A program made the position numbers and the translations under genes. Of a stretch of 64,000 bases of DNA, positions 31,148 through 42,620 are shown one piece after another. Position 1 is the first letter of the stretch, and the number at the start of each line of letters is the position of its first letter. This stretch comes from Eledone cirrhosa (lineage: Eukaryota): NCBI GenBank assembly GCA_964016885.1, contig OZ024746.1, forward strand, positions 71,362,001-71,426,000, read 5' to 3'. Under the pieces are notes generated by a model. It was not told the origin of the DNA. It searched no databases and saw only the letters and a program-made list of their open reading frames with translations.

Positions 31148-31349
31148 TGGTGGCTGCCAACTCGTTTTCGAGTACGGCCACTACTTTATATCCATGTAGG
31201 GGAACCCCTACCGATGCGCTCAACGAGTGTGACTTTTTAGTCCAGCCAGCGACTTGAAAACTCTGGTACAAACACTACACTTGTGACAATTATTGACACA
31301 TAGTGCTGGGCCCATGGTACCATGTGACGACAAGTGCAGAGAGATCTCC
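31148..31349 (-). mobile_element. Short RTE-derived element, 5'-truncated, with (TATG)n tail
   Basis: Near-identical to 35634-35835 and 36089-36290. Encodes CSVCTRVFKSLAGLKSH, a LINE C-terminal C2H2-like remnant. Confidence 0.8.
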
Positions 31350-31410
31350 ATACATACATACATACATACATACATACATACATACATACATACATACATA
31401 CATACATACA

Positions 31411-34400
31411 ATGGCGACCGTTGTGGTCAGTGTCCGATAATCGGACGTGTGTAATTACGGCTTACATGAAGGCAACATACCATATATTGGAAAAAGTTGA
31501 GCTACATTACGCGGTAAGATTACATACAATAATTCTACATAAGTGTTTGAACTGTAAGTGTGTTGTAAAACACCTATTTATATGAACGATACATACACTT
31601 ATGATATATGAACGATACATACACTTTAACATATAAATTCAACGTTGTTATATTACATTTATAAAGAAATATACAAGTAACGTTTTCGATTCAGAAACAA
31701 AAACATAGGTGTTTGAACTGTGAATATGTTGTGAATAAGTTGTAGAACATAAACTTTAATACAGCGTTGTTATATTATATAAATACAGCGTTGTTATATT
31801 ATATTACATTCATAAAGAAATATACTAAGTAACGGTTCTTTTTGTTCTCGATTCAAACGATTCAAGAACAACGTTTAAAACACAGTTGTAGAATTAAAAA
31901 CTAACTGAAAAGAAATATTACCCAAGCTGTGAATAACTTTAAATTTGATTCTGACAAAACTTTGTCGAAACTTTTAAAGAAGATCATCGACTATTTTGAA
32001 AAATAAATACGAAATATTAGTGAATAGACGAACTCATCATGGCAAAAAGTACAAGTCTCCTTCGACCAAATCGCAACTACAACCGTTGTATACAGTGAAG
32101 CTACGAGCTTAACAAAGAATTATATGAAGCATACAAACAATCTGAACGCCAAAAGTTCGGTTTTATGCAAAGGCTAAAAACTTTATGGAACTCCAAACGC
32201 CCAGAATTAGACTTTTCTCCAAAGCATTTAAATGAACAGGCAAAACGTATCATTAGATGTAAATTGATACATCTAACGGAATTGAGTGATACTACAAATA
32301 CAGCCTTTGTACACAACCACCCCACCTCCACTGACAGACAAAGAGAATGGCCAGCTAAATCTAACAGTGAACAGCTCACCAACAATTTTGCTGAAATCCA
32401 TCCCACTTCCACTGAAGAACAGCGAGAAAGGTCAGCTAACTCTAGTAGTAATTGTCACCACATCAACAACGAGGGTGAAATTCATGACTCTACTGTACAA
32501 ACAGAACACCAAAAACTTGTGGACACCTTACAAGTGATATGGGACGATATGTTTCAAGAGATACACAGCCTTAATGTGAGTGATAGACCATACAACACCA
32601 GAATCAGTAAAGAACCCACTAAATTGGAATTGGAAGCGGTGAACGAAATAACTGGCAATTATCTGAAGGCTATACGATCTAAAGGTGTAGAAACGACATT
32701 TGAAACGCTTAATATTTTGTTATATGTTTCAGCTGTCACATTGCTATCATATAACACACATCTAAAACCACGCAATCAAGATACAAACAAAAAGCCTGAA
32801 CCAGCGTGGATGCGAAATTTAAAAAGCAAAATTTTGTCCCTGAGACGAAGTATCTCACACATCGCAGTCGTTATGAAATGCAACATAGAGAGCAACTTCA
32901 CACGACATCAGGAAGACCTAAAAAAAGTTAGAGAGACGATTTGGAGATACAAAATTTAAAACTTTGAACTTCAAATTACACCAGTTGAAACAACAACTCA
33001 CAGCTACAACAGAAAGACTAAAATATAAGTCAACAGCACATAAACGACAAGTGCTAAATAGATTGTTTGCCAGAGATCCTAAATCAGTTTATCGCAGCTT
33101 CGGTGGCAAAAGCTCAATCCCTGTAAATAACACCCCTTCAAAAGAACAGGTTGAGAGTTATTGGAGATCTGTATGGGAAACGGATGACGGATTCAACAGA
33201 CAAACTAATTGACATAGATTGGTCAATACTGGAAACAGCTCTACAGAAAATGTCGAATAGGAAATCACCAGGCCCAGACCTCATTACAGGATACTGGTTG
33301 AAGAATTTCACTTTCTATCGGCAAGATCTCACACGGCTGTTTACAGAAACCATTAAAGACACACAAGAACTACCCAGATGGTTATCAACTGCCACTACTC
33401 TCCTCATTCCCCAAAATAGCCAATCCACCCTTGCTAAAAATTACCGCCCAATAGCCTGCCAAAACATCATGTATACATTATATACTGGGTGCCTTAACCT
33501 GTTCTTACAGGATCACTGTGCTACCAACAACATCATAACACCTGAGCAAGCTGGTGGAAAGAGGGAGGTGTGGGGTTGCATAGATCACCTACTAACTAAT
33601 AAAATGATTCAGTAAAAAACAACAAAGAATCGCAGAAACATGACTGTGGTGTGGCTGGACTATCAAAAAGCATTTGATAGTGTACCTCATGGGTGGATTA
33701 TTAAGACTTTACAATTAGCCAAAGTCCCACAACCATTGGTAACTGCTGTTGAACGCCTGACCAAGAACTGGTACACCAATTTGATCCTTAGAGGCGAGAA
33801 GGAGCAAGTTAAGACTGATAAGATACATTACCAGAAGGGCATCTTTCAGGGTGATAGCTTGTCAGTGCTACTCTTCGTTCTCTCACTAAATCCACAATCT
33901 TACCTACTCAGGAAACAAGGTGGACAAAGACGTGGGTCCAGAAGTATCTCCCATCTTTTCTTTGTTGATGACCTGAAGTTGTATGGGCCAAATATCAATG
34001 ACATCAAGAAACAATGGGACCTCATTACACAATTTTCAACAGACATCAAAATGAAATTTGGTGAGTCCAAGTGTGCATATTTGGCAGTAAAACGTGGAAG
34101 AGCTGTGCCCTCCTCTAGAAATCTAGAGATGAACGGCCTGACAATACAACCTCTACAGTCAGGTGATAACTACAGATATCTTGGACAGGACGAGAATGTC
34201 AGATATGATGGACCCATAAATAAGGAGAGAACCAGAACTGAATACCTCAGAAGAGTAAAGAAAATATGGTCATCAGAACTGTCAGCGTACAACAAATACA
34301 TTGCCCACAATACTTATGATGTGCCAATTATAACGCCAACATTTGGCCTGCTGAACTGGTCATTGCAAGAACTAAGTGAGATGGATGTTAGAACTCGCAA

Positions 34401-35584
34401 ACTTCTCAGTGTTACTGGGAACTTTAACATCAATGGTGATGTGGATAGGCTATACTTCTCACGCAAGGAAGGTGGCCGGGGTCTAAAATCCATATTAACA
34501 ACATATGAGACCCGGATAGTAACACTGAAGCAACACATTCAACAGAGGAAAAAGGTTGGCAACCATTTTGCCCAGGTTTATGAGCATGAAAAAAAAATAT
34601 CATTAGAATAGCGACTGATCTGGAGGAGAGATATAGAATAAAGCCTGATATAAATCTCTCGCCCAGAGAAATCGGAAGATCCTATTCAATGTTCAAACAA
34701 GATGAAAAAATTGACCAATTTACAGAAAAAGTTGTGCATGGATACTTGAGACGTAAAACACAGACCATAGAGGGGATAAACCACTCAAAAAGCCTGGCAT
34801 GGAGTTCCGGCAAGTTTATGACATCACACCTTGAGGGATATCTCTATGCAATACAGGAACAAGAACTCCCTACCAAATATCTGCTGCACAAAAGGGGAGG
34901 GCCAGCAGCTGACAATAAATGTAGGCTATGTAAAACAAAGATCGAGGATGTAAGCCACATTGTTGCCAGCTGCGAAAGAATGTCATCTCGCTACTACCTC
35001 CCCATGAGACACGATTGGATAGCTAGAACCATCTGGAACGCACTTCGGAAAACAACAAACGAGGAAGAATATATTGAGACAAATGGCACTAAGGAATACT
35101 GGTGGAACCTAAAATAAAAATTGCCACCAAATTAAAGCACAACCGGCCTGATATTGTTGTTTGGGACCACACATTGAAAACGTGTTCTGTTGTGGAGATC
35201 AGCTGCCCACTTGATGTAAACGTTGTCAGAAAAATACAGGAGAAGGAGGACATCTACGGACCATTGATGAGGAGTTTACAAATCCAGTATCCAAGATCAC
35301 CTTTAGCTTCATACCCATCATTATTGGAGCTACGGGTTATATACCAACTCGCTTGGACCAAAGTATGACTGAACTTGGACCAAAGTATGACTGAACTTGG
35401 ATTTGCGGACAAAAATCGCAGCTCCCTAATTCATAGTCTACAAATGGCTGCGATAGCTGGCACCTTCAAAATTTGCAAAACATTCTTGCGATTCAAGGGA
35501 CGACAATTTCTTTTCTTTTACAACCTTGCCACCAGGAAGGTGGCCGGTCAAAAAAATATACTCGAAATTAAGAGAAAGAGATAA
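31411..35584 (+). mobile_element. R4/Dong-type non-LTR retrotransposon (RT + CCHC + restriction-like endonuclease), near full length, inserted in (CATA)n
   Basis: Single disrupted ORF, with (CATA)n immediately at both ends. The 5' UTR contains internal direct repeats (31540-31830). Confidence 0.88.
32039..35500 (+). pseudogene. Disrupted R4-type polyprotein
   Basis: KSPGPD, NYRPIAC, WLDYQKAFDSVPH, GIFQGDSLS, HLFFVDDLKLY, YRYLG, CRLC..HIVASC, RHD, NRPDIVV..VEISCP. Several stops and frameshifts, and a 22-bp duplication at ~35353-35396. Confidence 0.9.
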
Positions 35585-35598
35585 CATACATACATACA

Positions 35599-35632
<34 letters not shown>

Positions 35633-35633
35633 C

Positions 35634-36700
35634 ATGGTGGCTGCCAACTCGTTTTCGAGTACGGCCACTACTTTATATCAATGTAGGAGAACCTCTACCG
35701 ATGCGCTGAACAAGTGTGACTTTTTAGTCCAGCCACCGACTTGAAAACTCTGGTAGAAACACTACACTTGTGGAAATTATTGACACATAGTGCTGGGCCC
35801 ATGGTACCATGTGATGACAAGTGCAGAGAGATCTCTAGATATAAAGTAATGCCTGTGCCGTGAAGCTTTTATAGTGAGCAAAGGCACTGCACAAAGCCAG
35901 TCCCACTCTCTTAACCAAGATGATATTTACCAAAAAGAAGAACAAGTCAACATCATTGGATACCATCAGGGTTGCAGGTGTTATATCAGAGTTTTCCTTC
36001 TCCTAGAATTCTGCCTTGACAAAAGCTAAGGGGTCATCTCTCCCGGTGATTTTGGATGGCCATTGTCATACATACATATATACATACATGGTGGCTGCCA
36101 ACTCGTTTTCGAGTACGGCCACTACTTTATATCCATGTAGGAGAACCCCTACCGAAGCGCTGCATGAGTGTGACTTTTTAGTCCAGCCAGCGACTTGAAA
36201 ACTCTGGTACAAACACTACACTTGTGACAATTATTGACACATAGTGCTGGGCCCATGGTACCATGTGAGGACAAGTGCAGAGAGATCTCCAGATATAAAG
36301 CAATGCCTGTGCCGTGAAGCTTTTATAGTGAGCAAAGGCACTGCACAAAGCCAGTCCCACTCTCTTAACCAAGATGATATTTACCAAAAAGAAGAACAAG
36401 TCAACATCATTGGATACCATCAAGGTTGCAGGTGTTATATCAGAGTTTTCCTTCTCCTAGAATTCTGCCTTGACAAAGGCTAAGGGGTCATCTCTCCCGG
36501 TGATTTTGGATGGCCATTGACTCTTAAGAGCTCCTTTGCCCTTTGACAGGTTTTGTTTTTAGTCCTGCAGGATGTCCAAAGTCACCCTCCTCACCAAGAA
36601 ACCTTGGTGGGGTTGCCAGTTTAGTCGCCAACGACCCGACCATGAGACAGGTTGTACTGGGATACATGTTACCAGTAGCACCAACTGGTGACCTGACATC
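35634..36700 (-). mobile_element. Two tandem short RTE-derived elements (35634-36067 truncated; 36089-36700 full, ~610 bp) separated by (CATA)n
   Basis: Near-identical direct repeat over ~430 bp. Each unit has a (TATG)n tail. Confidence 0.85.
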
Positions 36701-36715
36701 ACATACATACATACA

Positions 36716-36729
<14 letters not shown>

Positions 36730-36747
<18 letters not shown>

Positions 36748-37340
36748 CAAACTTTGACTCGGAAGCTGGCTGGCGTATTTTCCGGCCTTGAACACATGGG
36801 CTTCTATTTTACTTTCAAATGGAATGGTGAGGTCAATCAAAATCAACTGGAATGGAGTACAATATCTGGCCTCAAGCCACTCTTTCTGATTATTTCTGGT
36901 TGTTTTGCCGATCTTGGAAGTCTTCTGAGCACCCCAATTCATCTGCACCACAAAGAAGGCTTGGCCAGTGCCCTGAATGACACGGCTGTCCTTGGCCTCC
37001 TACTGTGTAGAATATTGTTGGAGATTCTCATGCTATTGTTTTTACTTTTTCCATACTTATCACATGTACAATCTCCTTAAACACTTGATTGTACCCCCCG
37101 TGTATACCTTCTTTGGATTAGTGCTACGCTACTTGAGCCCAGAATATGTTCCACTGTCTGTCTACCCTGACAGAGGGGGTACTCAGGGTTATCTGATTTG
37201 TTCCACTTCACAAGGTTTGTATTCGAGAGTTAGGATATCATAGACGGATCTGGGTAGAAAACTGATTCTAAGTTTTTTCTCCTCAGTCATTGCAACTGAG
37301 ACACTTCTGGAGTGCATCTTTCCACATCACCCACTTGTCT
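36730..37340 (-). mobile_element. Degenerate HERO/NeSL-like LINE fragment (CCHC + restriction-like endonuclease)
   Basis: Minus strand reads PLCQGRQTVEHIL..VALIQRRYT..NQV and QLILIDLTIPFESKIEAH..KAGKY. Confidence 0.65.
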
Positions 37341-37394
37341 TGTTGTTATTTTGTTTCTAAAATATCGAAGGCCTTTATTTAAAATAGTATATGT

Positions 37395-37585
37395 AATTGT
37401 TTCTATATTTAACACAAGGCCAGCAATTTAAAGAAAAGAGGTAAGCCGATTAAATCGACCTCGGTAAGTTACTGGTGCTTTATTTTATCGACACCTGTAA
37501 GGATGAAAGGCCAACGTAACCCCAATGGCATTTGAAATCAGAACGTAAAGTGCTGTAACTATATGCTGCAAAGCATTTTGTCCAC
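37395..37585 (-). mobile_element. SINE family 1, diverged
   Basis: Reverse-complement tail and body. Confidence 0.8.
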
Positions 37586-37592
37586 CGCACAA

Positions 37593-37649
<57 letters not shown>

Positions 37650-37787
37650 TAAATCTTATAAAATTTTACATAGATCTATATGATATACATACCAACACAA
37701 AACATATATATGCTAGAAACGATCGTAAAATGATGAATTTTTTAATATAAGGAACTGTTTCTTTGTTTTTATTCATTATTTTTATTA

Positions 37788-37828
<41 letters not shown>

Positions 37829-38104
37829 ATGGTAGCGGTTAGGAAATATATTTATTGATGATATAGATGAAAACCAAAGTAATGTGATCGATTTATCAAC
37901 GTTATCATCGATGAGTATTTAGTTGTTCATGTGAATTAATATATATGTGGTTGAGTATTCCACCGACACGTGTACCCCTAACGTAATTCCAAATCCGAAT
38001 CAGTATGACACAATATGTAACGAAACTAGATACGTTTCATCCGATAAGCTTACATAGTTCTGTTTATCGAATTTCCTTTAAAAAAATTGGGTCGATCGGA
38101 GGCT

Positions 38105-38325
38105 CTGTTAATGACATTTGTTCAAGATGCCATTCACTGGAATCGAACCCGTTACCTCCTGGTTGCGAAGCGAACATCTTAAACATTCAGCCATCCAAAG
38201 CTAAAGGTTAACACAATGAATGTACAGTTTTATAATATTTAGCTAATTACAAAATGGCTTGCAGTTGAATCGAACCCCAGACCTCATTGTTGCGAAGTGC
38301 ACTATAACCATTCTGCTATGCCTGC
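38105..38325 (-). mobile_element. Two degenerate tRNA-like SINE heads (38105-38197, 38255-38325)
   Basis: Minus strand reads TGGCTGAATGTTTAAG..GGTTCGATTCC and TAGCAGAATGGTTA..GGTTCGATTC. Confidence 0.6.
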
Positions 38326-38693
38326 ATCCAATCAAATATACGTCGTATTTTATTATGCATATTCGATGAATAACCAATGAAACTCCATCGTTTTTGTCGT
38401 GCGTCTCTTGTATTATTAAATGGGGGTGTTTTTGCGAGGTGTTGAATGTATAAATACTCATAACCTGCTATTTTCTGAGTTTTATAGACCCTAAGAGGGA
38501 TTGCCTTTTTGCCACCAACAACCGGTCACAACTTATAATTACAGAACATTACAAATAATTTCCATTTATAAATTACAGCAATCTCAGGAGCACCACGTGT
38601 GTTTTCGGTTGTAATATTCTGAGAAATTTCATTGGCGGTTGTGAATCTTTAAATTTTGATTCGACTTTTCTGACTCGGATTGTTTTCGTTCAG

Positions 38694-39030
38694 GTAATTT
38701 CTGGTAGGATTTTTGTATTATTTCTTATTTAACCCTGTTATTACCAAACCACATAAAACCACTCATAATCCTACGATACAAAATTGCTTCAAAATGTTTA
38801 TTGGTATTTAAAAACCTTCCGTCATAATTATATATAAGAACCTTTTATTTTGCAGACAACAGCTTAATAGTTATATTACTAACCCCCACCCCCCCACCCC
38901 GATAAAAAATGTTTGATTATTTTCAACGAAAGGGGTAATGTAGTAGCATCAAAATAAATTCAGTTCAATCACTTATTTCTTTAATAATTAGGAATATTTT
39001 TGTTAAACTATGTTTAAGACCAGACTATTT

Positions 39031-39063
<33 letters not shown>

Positions 39064-39106
39064 CTTTTTCTTTTATCGGTCATTTTATTTTTATTTTTCA
39101 TTTTAG
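38694..39106 (+). other. Putative 5'-UTR intron of the H1-like gene
   Basis: Donor CAG|GTAATT at 38693/38694. Long polypyrimidine tract ending TTTTCATTTTAG| at 39106, 14 nt before the ATG. The acceptor is strong; the donor is tentative. Confidence 0.55.
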
Positions 39107-39120
39107 GCTATAAACTCCTT

Positions 39121-39990
39121 ATGAATACTGAAAGTAACGCCAACAAAAATGAGAGTTCTTCAGTTCCAACGGTTGACGAAGCTGTCAAGACGCCTAAAGT
39201 CACTAGAAGAAAACGTAAACCGCGCCTTCCAATGACACCTGCACGCAGCAAAACATTAACGCCTATGCGAGGCTCTATCCACAAAAAAACGAATCCTCTT
39301 ACTAAACATCCAAATTACCGCTCAATGGTTACGGCAGCTATTAAAGGTAAACGGTCTCGTAAAGGTGTTTCTTTTCGAGCGATAATTAATTACATCAATG
39401 AGAGCTACGCGGTGAATCGGTATCCAAAGTTCGTCAGCGCTCAAGTAAAACAAACTTTGACTAAAATCGTTGATGATGGCTTGGCAGTTTTAGTGAGTGG
39501 AACAGTAGGAACTGGTTATTTTAAGCTTAATTCTTCCTCAAAGAAATCAAGATCTAAAAGTGATAACAACGATGTGGAAGCTAGAAAGATGGATGAGGAA
39601 TTAGCTCTCACCGATGATGATGAATGTGGTTCAAATATGAATTCAACCTTTACGAAAATACCTTCAGCAGGAACCAGCAAGTCCCTTACCAAAGGAGAAT
39701 CCTCAAAAGTTGTTAAAACTAAATTAAAGAGCACACATACGAAAACAAAGGTTGTTGTAGCTAAAAGAAACTCTTCGTCGTCTAAACAACTTTCGAAAAG
39801 AAACAGTATTTCAAATAAACGAAAATTTATTGGGAAAGTTTCCACAAAGAAACCCAGTATTAAAACTCCAAAACCAAAGAAACACAATATTAAAACTCCA
39901 AAACCAAAGAAACACAATATTAAAACTCCAAAACCAAAGAAACACAATATTAAAACTCCAAAACCAAAGAGAAGTGTGAAGAAGCAGTGA
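39121..39990 (+). CDS. Linker histone H1/H5-family protein (289 aa), divergent variant
   Basis: Winged-helix globular domain HPNYRSMVTAAIK..RKGVSFRAIINYINESY..QVKQTLTKIVDDG..SGTVGTGYFKL. Basic N-terminus and Lys-rich C-tail with TPK repeats. The ORF is intact. The upstream ATG at 39010 reads through intronic poly-T. Confidence 0.88.
   Translation: MNTESNANKNESSSVPTVDEAVKTPKVTRRKRKPRLPMTPARSKTLTPMRGSIHKKTNPLTKHPNYRSMVTAAIKGKRSRKGVSFRAIINYINESYAVNRYPKFVSAQVKQTLTKIVDDGLAVLVSGTVGTGYFKLNSSSKKSRSKSDNNDVEARKMDEELALTDDDECGSNMNSTFTKIPSAGTSKSLTKGESSKVVKTKLKSTHTKTKVVVAKRNSSSSKQLSKRNSISNKRKFIGKVSTKKPSIKTPKPKKHNIKTPKPKKHNIKTPKPKKHNIKTPKPKRSVKKQ
39847..39970 (+). repeat. In-frame 30-bp tandem repeat (4 units, KKHNIKTPKP)
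   Basis: AAGAAACACAATATTAAAACTCCAAAACCA repeated; the first unit is slightly diverged. Confidence 0.95.
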
Positions 39991-40040
39991 GAACACTCCG
40001 ACAAAATTAATTCCTAAAGAATATTAAACAAAAGCCCACG

Positions 40041-40062
40041 AAAGACCTTTTCAAAACCACCA
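40041..40062 (+). promoter_or_regulatory. Decayed histone 3' stem-loop-like sequence
   Basis: AAAGACCTTTTCAAAACCACCA against the canonical AAAGGYYYTTTTCAGRRCCACCA, ~50 nt after the stop codon. The stem can no longer pair. Confidence 0.55.
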
Positions 40063-41227
40063 AGTAGGGATTAATCTCTAGATTCACTAAATCCAAGTCA
40101 TCGGTTCAAATTTGTCTGTATTGCAAGACAAAATAGATAACATTTTCTTTTCTCAATTTTCATATCTCTGTAGACTTTATTTTCCCCGCCGCTAAATAAT
40201 TTGTCTCGTGCTTAAGGAAAAACATTTGTTTTACATTGCCAGAGAATTTTACAATATCGTGCTAATTTCTAACATTAACCTCCTATCGATTATATCCAAA
40301 GTTCTCCATCTTTTTTTTTTTTTTCATATTCAGAAATATAATAAATCGGCAATTGTACCTTACTTGAAATTTTGTCTATCACGGTCCGTCCGCTTAAATT
40401 AGGTGTCTATTGGCTTATAAAAATAGACCTACTCGATTTTATTTCTATATACTGTTAAATTGCTGTCACTTCATATATGCGACGGTGGAAATTGAAATTC
40501 TAATTCTGGGATACGATTACCAATGTGCCTGACTATCTTCACCCTCAGTTATAAAACGCCATTTCTTAAAACTTAAACCGAGCTCAACAATATTGACAGT
40601 AAATGCATTTTCAAGCATTTACGACCCTTCCATTTTAAAAAAAAAATTTTTTTCCCATACTTTTGTATTCCAATTGAACATTTTAGAACATACGTTCATG
40701 TGACGGACAAAAATTTGTAAAGATACTATTAAAGAAAATTTAATAAAGAACTGAAGTACTGCTAGAAGAGTTTTCCGAAACATTTTTCACTTTCAATATA
40801 CAAATTGATCTCTCCTTCCCCGCTTTTAGATATTTTCTTTGTTCTAATCCTTTTAACTATATGACCCTAAAGTTTTTATTCAAATAACATATCTTTAGAT
40901 ATTCTGATTTTAAAAGTAATTTATTGAATTCCATTTGCCCTTCATTTGTAATAAAGGCCCAAGCCAACGAGGAAGCCTGAGGGTTCATTAACTGTAAGAA
41001 ATACCAAGCAAATAACCCTCACGCTATATCGCTTTGAATTAGACAAACTACAGAGGGGAAAGTTTTTCATATGTAAACTGTTACGAGGTACCAATTTCTA
41101 GTCACATTTTAATTCGTTAATGTCAGGAAAACCTAAGTGGCGTAGGGGAAGGTGGGATGGGCAAACTCTGAACTATCTTTCTAAATTATTCCACTGCATT
41201 TCATCCTTCCGCACACTGGATATATTA

Positions 41228-41640
41228 TAGTTTCTTATTTAGGCACAAGGCCAGCACATTTTGCAGGGGGTAAATCGATTAAATCGACTTCAGCGGGGTT
41301 TAAACTCAAAGTAAAGGGCCATAACTTTATGCCGCGAAGCATGTCGCCCGACACTCTACTAATACTGTCAATCCACCACCCTTGTATAAATGAAAAGTCG
41401 ATCTTGGTGGGATTTGAATTCAGAATGTAAAGAGCCGTAATTAAATACTGCGAAATGTTTTGTCTGGCGCCCTAACGATTTAAAAAAAAAATGACCACAC
41501 TTACCCTTTGAGTAATATTGTTTCTAAACTAGGCAGAAGACTAGGCCATTTGGGGGCAGAAGCAGTCGATTGTCTGGTGCTCTTTTATCCACCCTGAAAA
41601 GACGAAAGATAAAATTGACCTAAGTGGTATTTGGAAAATG
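41228..41640 (-). mobile_element. Cluster of three degenerate family 1 SINE fragments
   Basis: TTTCTTATTTAGGCACAAGGCCAG, GGGATTTGAATTCAGAA and TTTCTAAACTAGGCAGAAG motifs. Confidence 0.7.
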
Positions 41641-41961
41641 ATCATAAAGTGTGGGAACAAATACCACGCAGAAGTGGGGCTTTTTTCCCTCTACAATTTT
41701 GATACCAACACGTCCAATAGAGCCCATGGTTCTATTAAACAAACCTACCCATTTAAACGAGTGCTTATTGAAATTAAACCCTTCCAGCATGACTGTTATA
41801 CCACCTTTAATGTAATAATTTTAATAAATCCCTCTAAAATTATTTATTAAATTACCAAACATTTCATTAGGCATCGTCAAAAAAAGGGTTAATGATTGTC
41901 AATTTATTGTCTTTTATAATTGCTTCTAGCATAGACCATAAGGCCAGAAATTTAAGAGCAT

Positions 41962-42296
41962 TTGAGTTCAAATCCCGCGGAGGTTGACTTTGCCTTTCAT
42001 CCTTACGGGGTCGATAAAATAAAGTACCAGTAATGCACTGGGTAATTGCTGGCCTTGTGCCAAAAGTAGAAACAATTATTGGATTAATTCTAATTTAAGG
42101 GCGGTGGATTATCAGTAGATGGTCGGACACCATGATTTGCAGCAAAGAGTTACGGCTCTTTATGATTTGAGTTCAAATCCCGCCGAGGTTAACTTTGCCT
42201 ATCATCCTTACGAGGTCGATAAAATAAAGTACCAGTAATGTACTGGGTAATTGCTGGCCTTGTGCCAAAAGTAGAAACAATTATTGGATTAATTCA
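41962..42296 (+). mobile_element. Tandem SINE family 1 copies (41962-42080 truncated; 42099-42283)
   Basis: B-box, body and tail present twice. ATTATTGGATTAATTC follows both copies. Confidence 0.88.
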
Positions 42297-42379
42297 AGCC
42301 CAGTACTGAAACTGTATTTTGCCGACTCCAAAATAATGAAAATCAATGTTGACTTCAGTAGAATTTGATCTCAAAACGT

Positions 42380-42620
42380 AGTGATAATTAAGCAAATACG
42401 GGTTTTTGTCCGGCCGCTTCCTCTTCACAACGGTCGCCGTCGTGACCTCAGGCGCACTTAGACCTCGTTCTCCCGAGCTCCTCTGCAAGGTCGGAGTGTC
42501 GGCGGCCCGTCTGAGGAGGGAGCCTCGTGAGGTTGGGTGGCTGTTGCAGCTGGTGTCACTGGCCATCGTCGGGGGAATATTTTTGCCGTCCCGGTGGTGC
42601 ACAGCACATCTGCCCTCTTA
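42380..42620 (+). mobile_element. CRE-like retrotransposon 3' fragment
   Basis: RFLFTTVAVVTSGAL..RREPREVGWLLQLVSLAIVGG, homologous to 3227-3535. Confidence 0.65.

Noticed and set aside
39010-39120. Hydrophobic N-terminal extension (FFFFF..) of the 326-aa H1 ORF, resembling a signal peptide or transmembrane segment
   Set aside because: It is a poly-T polypyrimidine tract ending in a canonical AG acceptor. The ATG at 39121 is the more plausible start.
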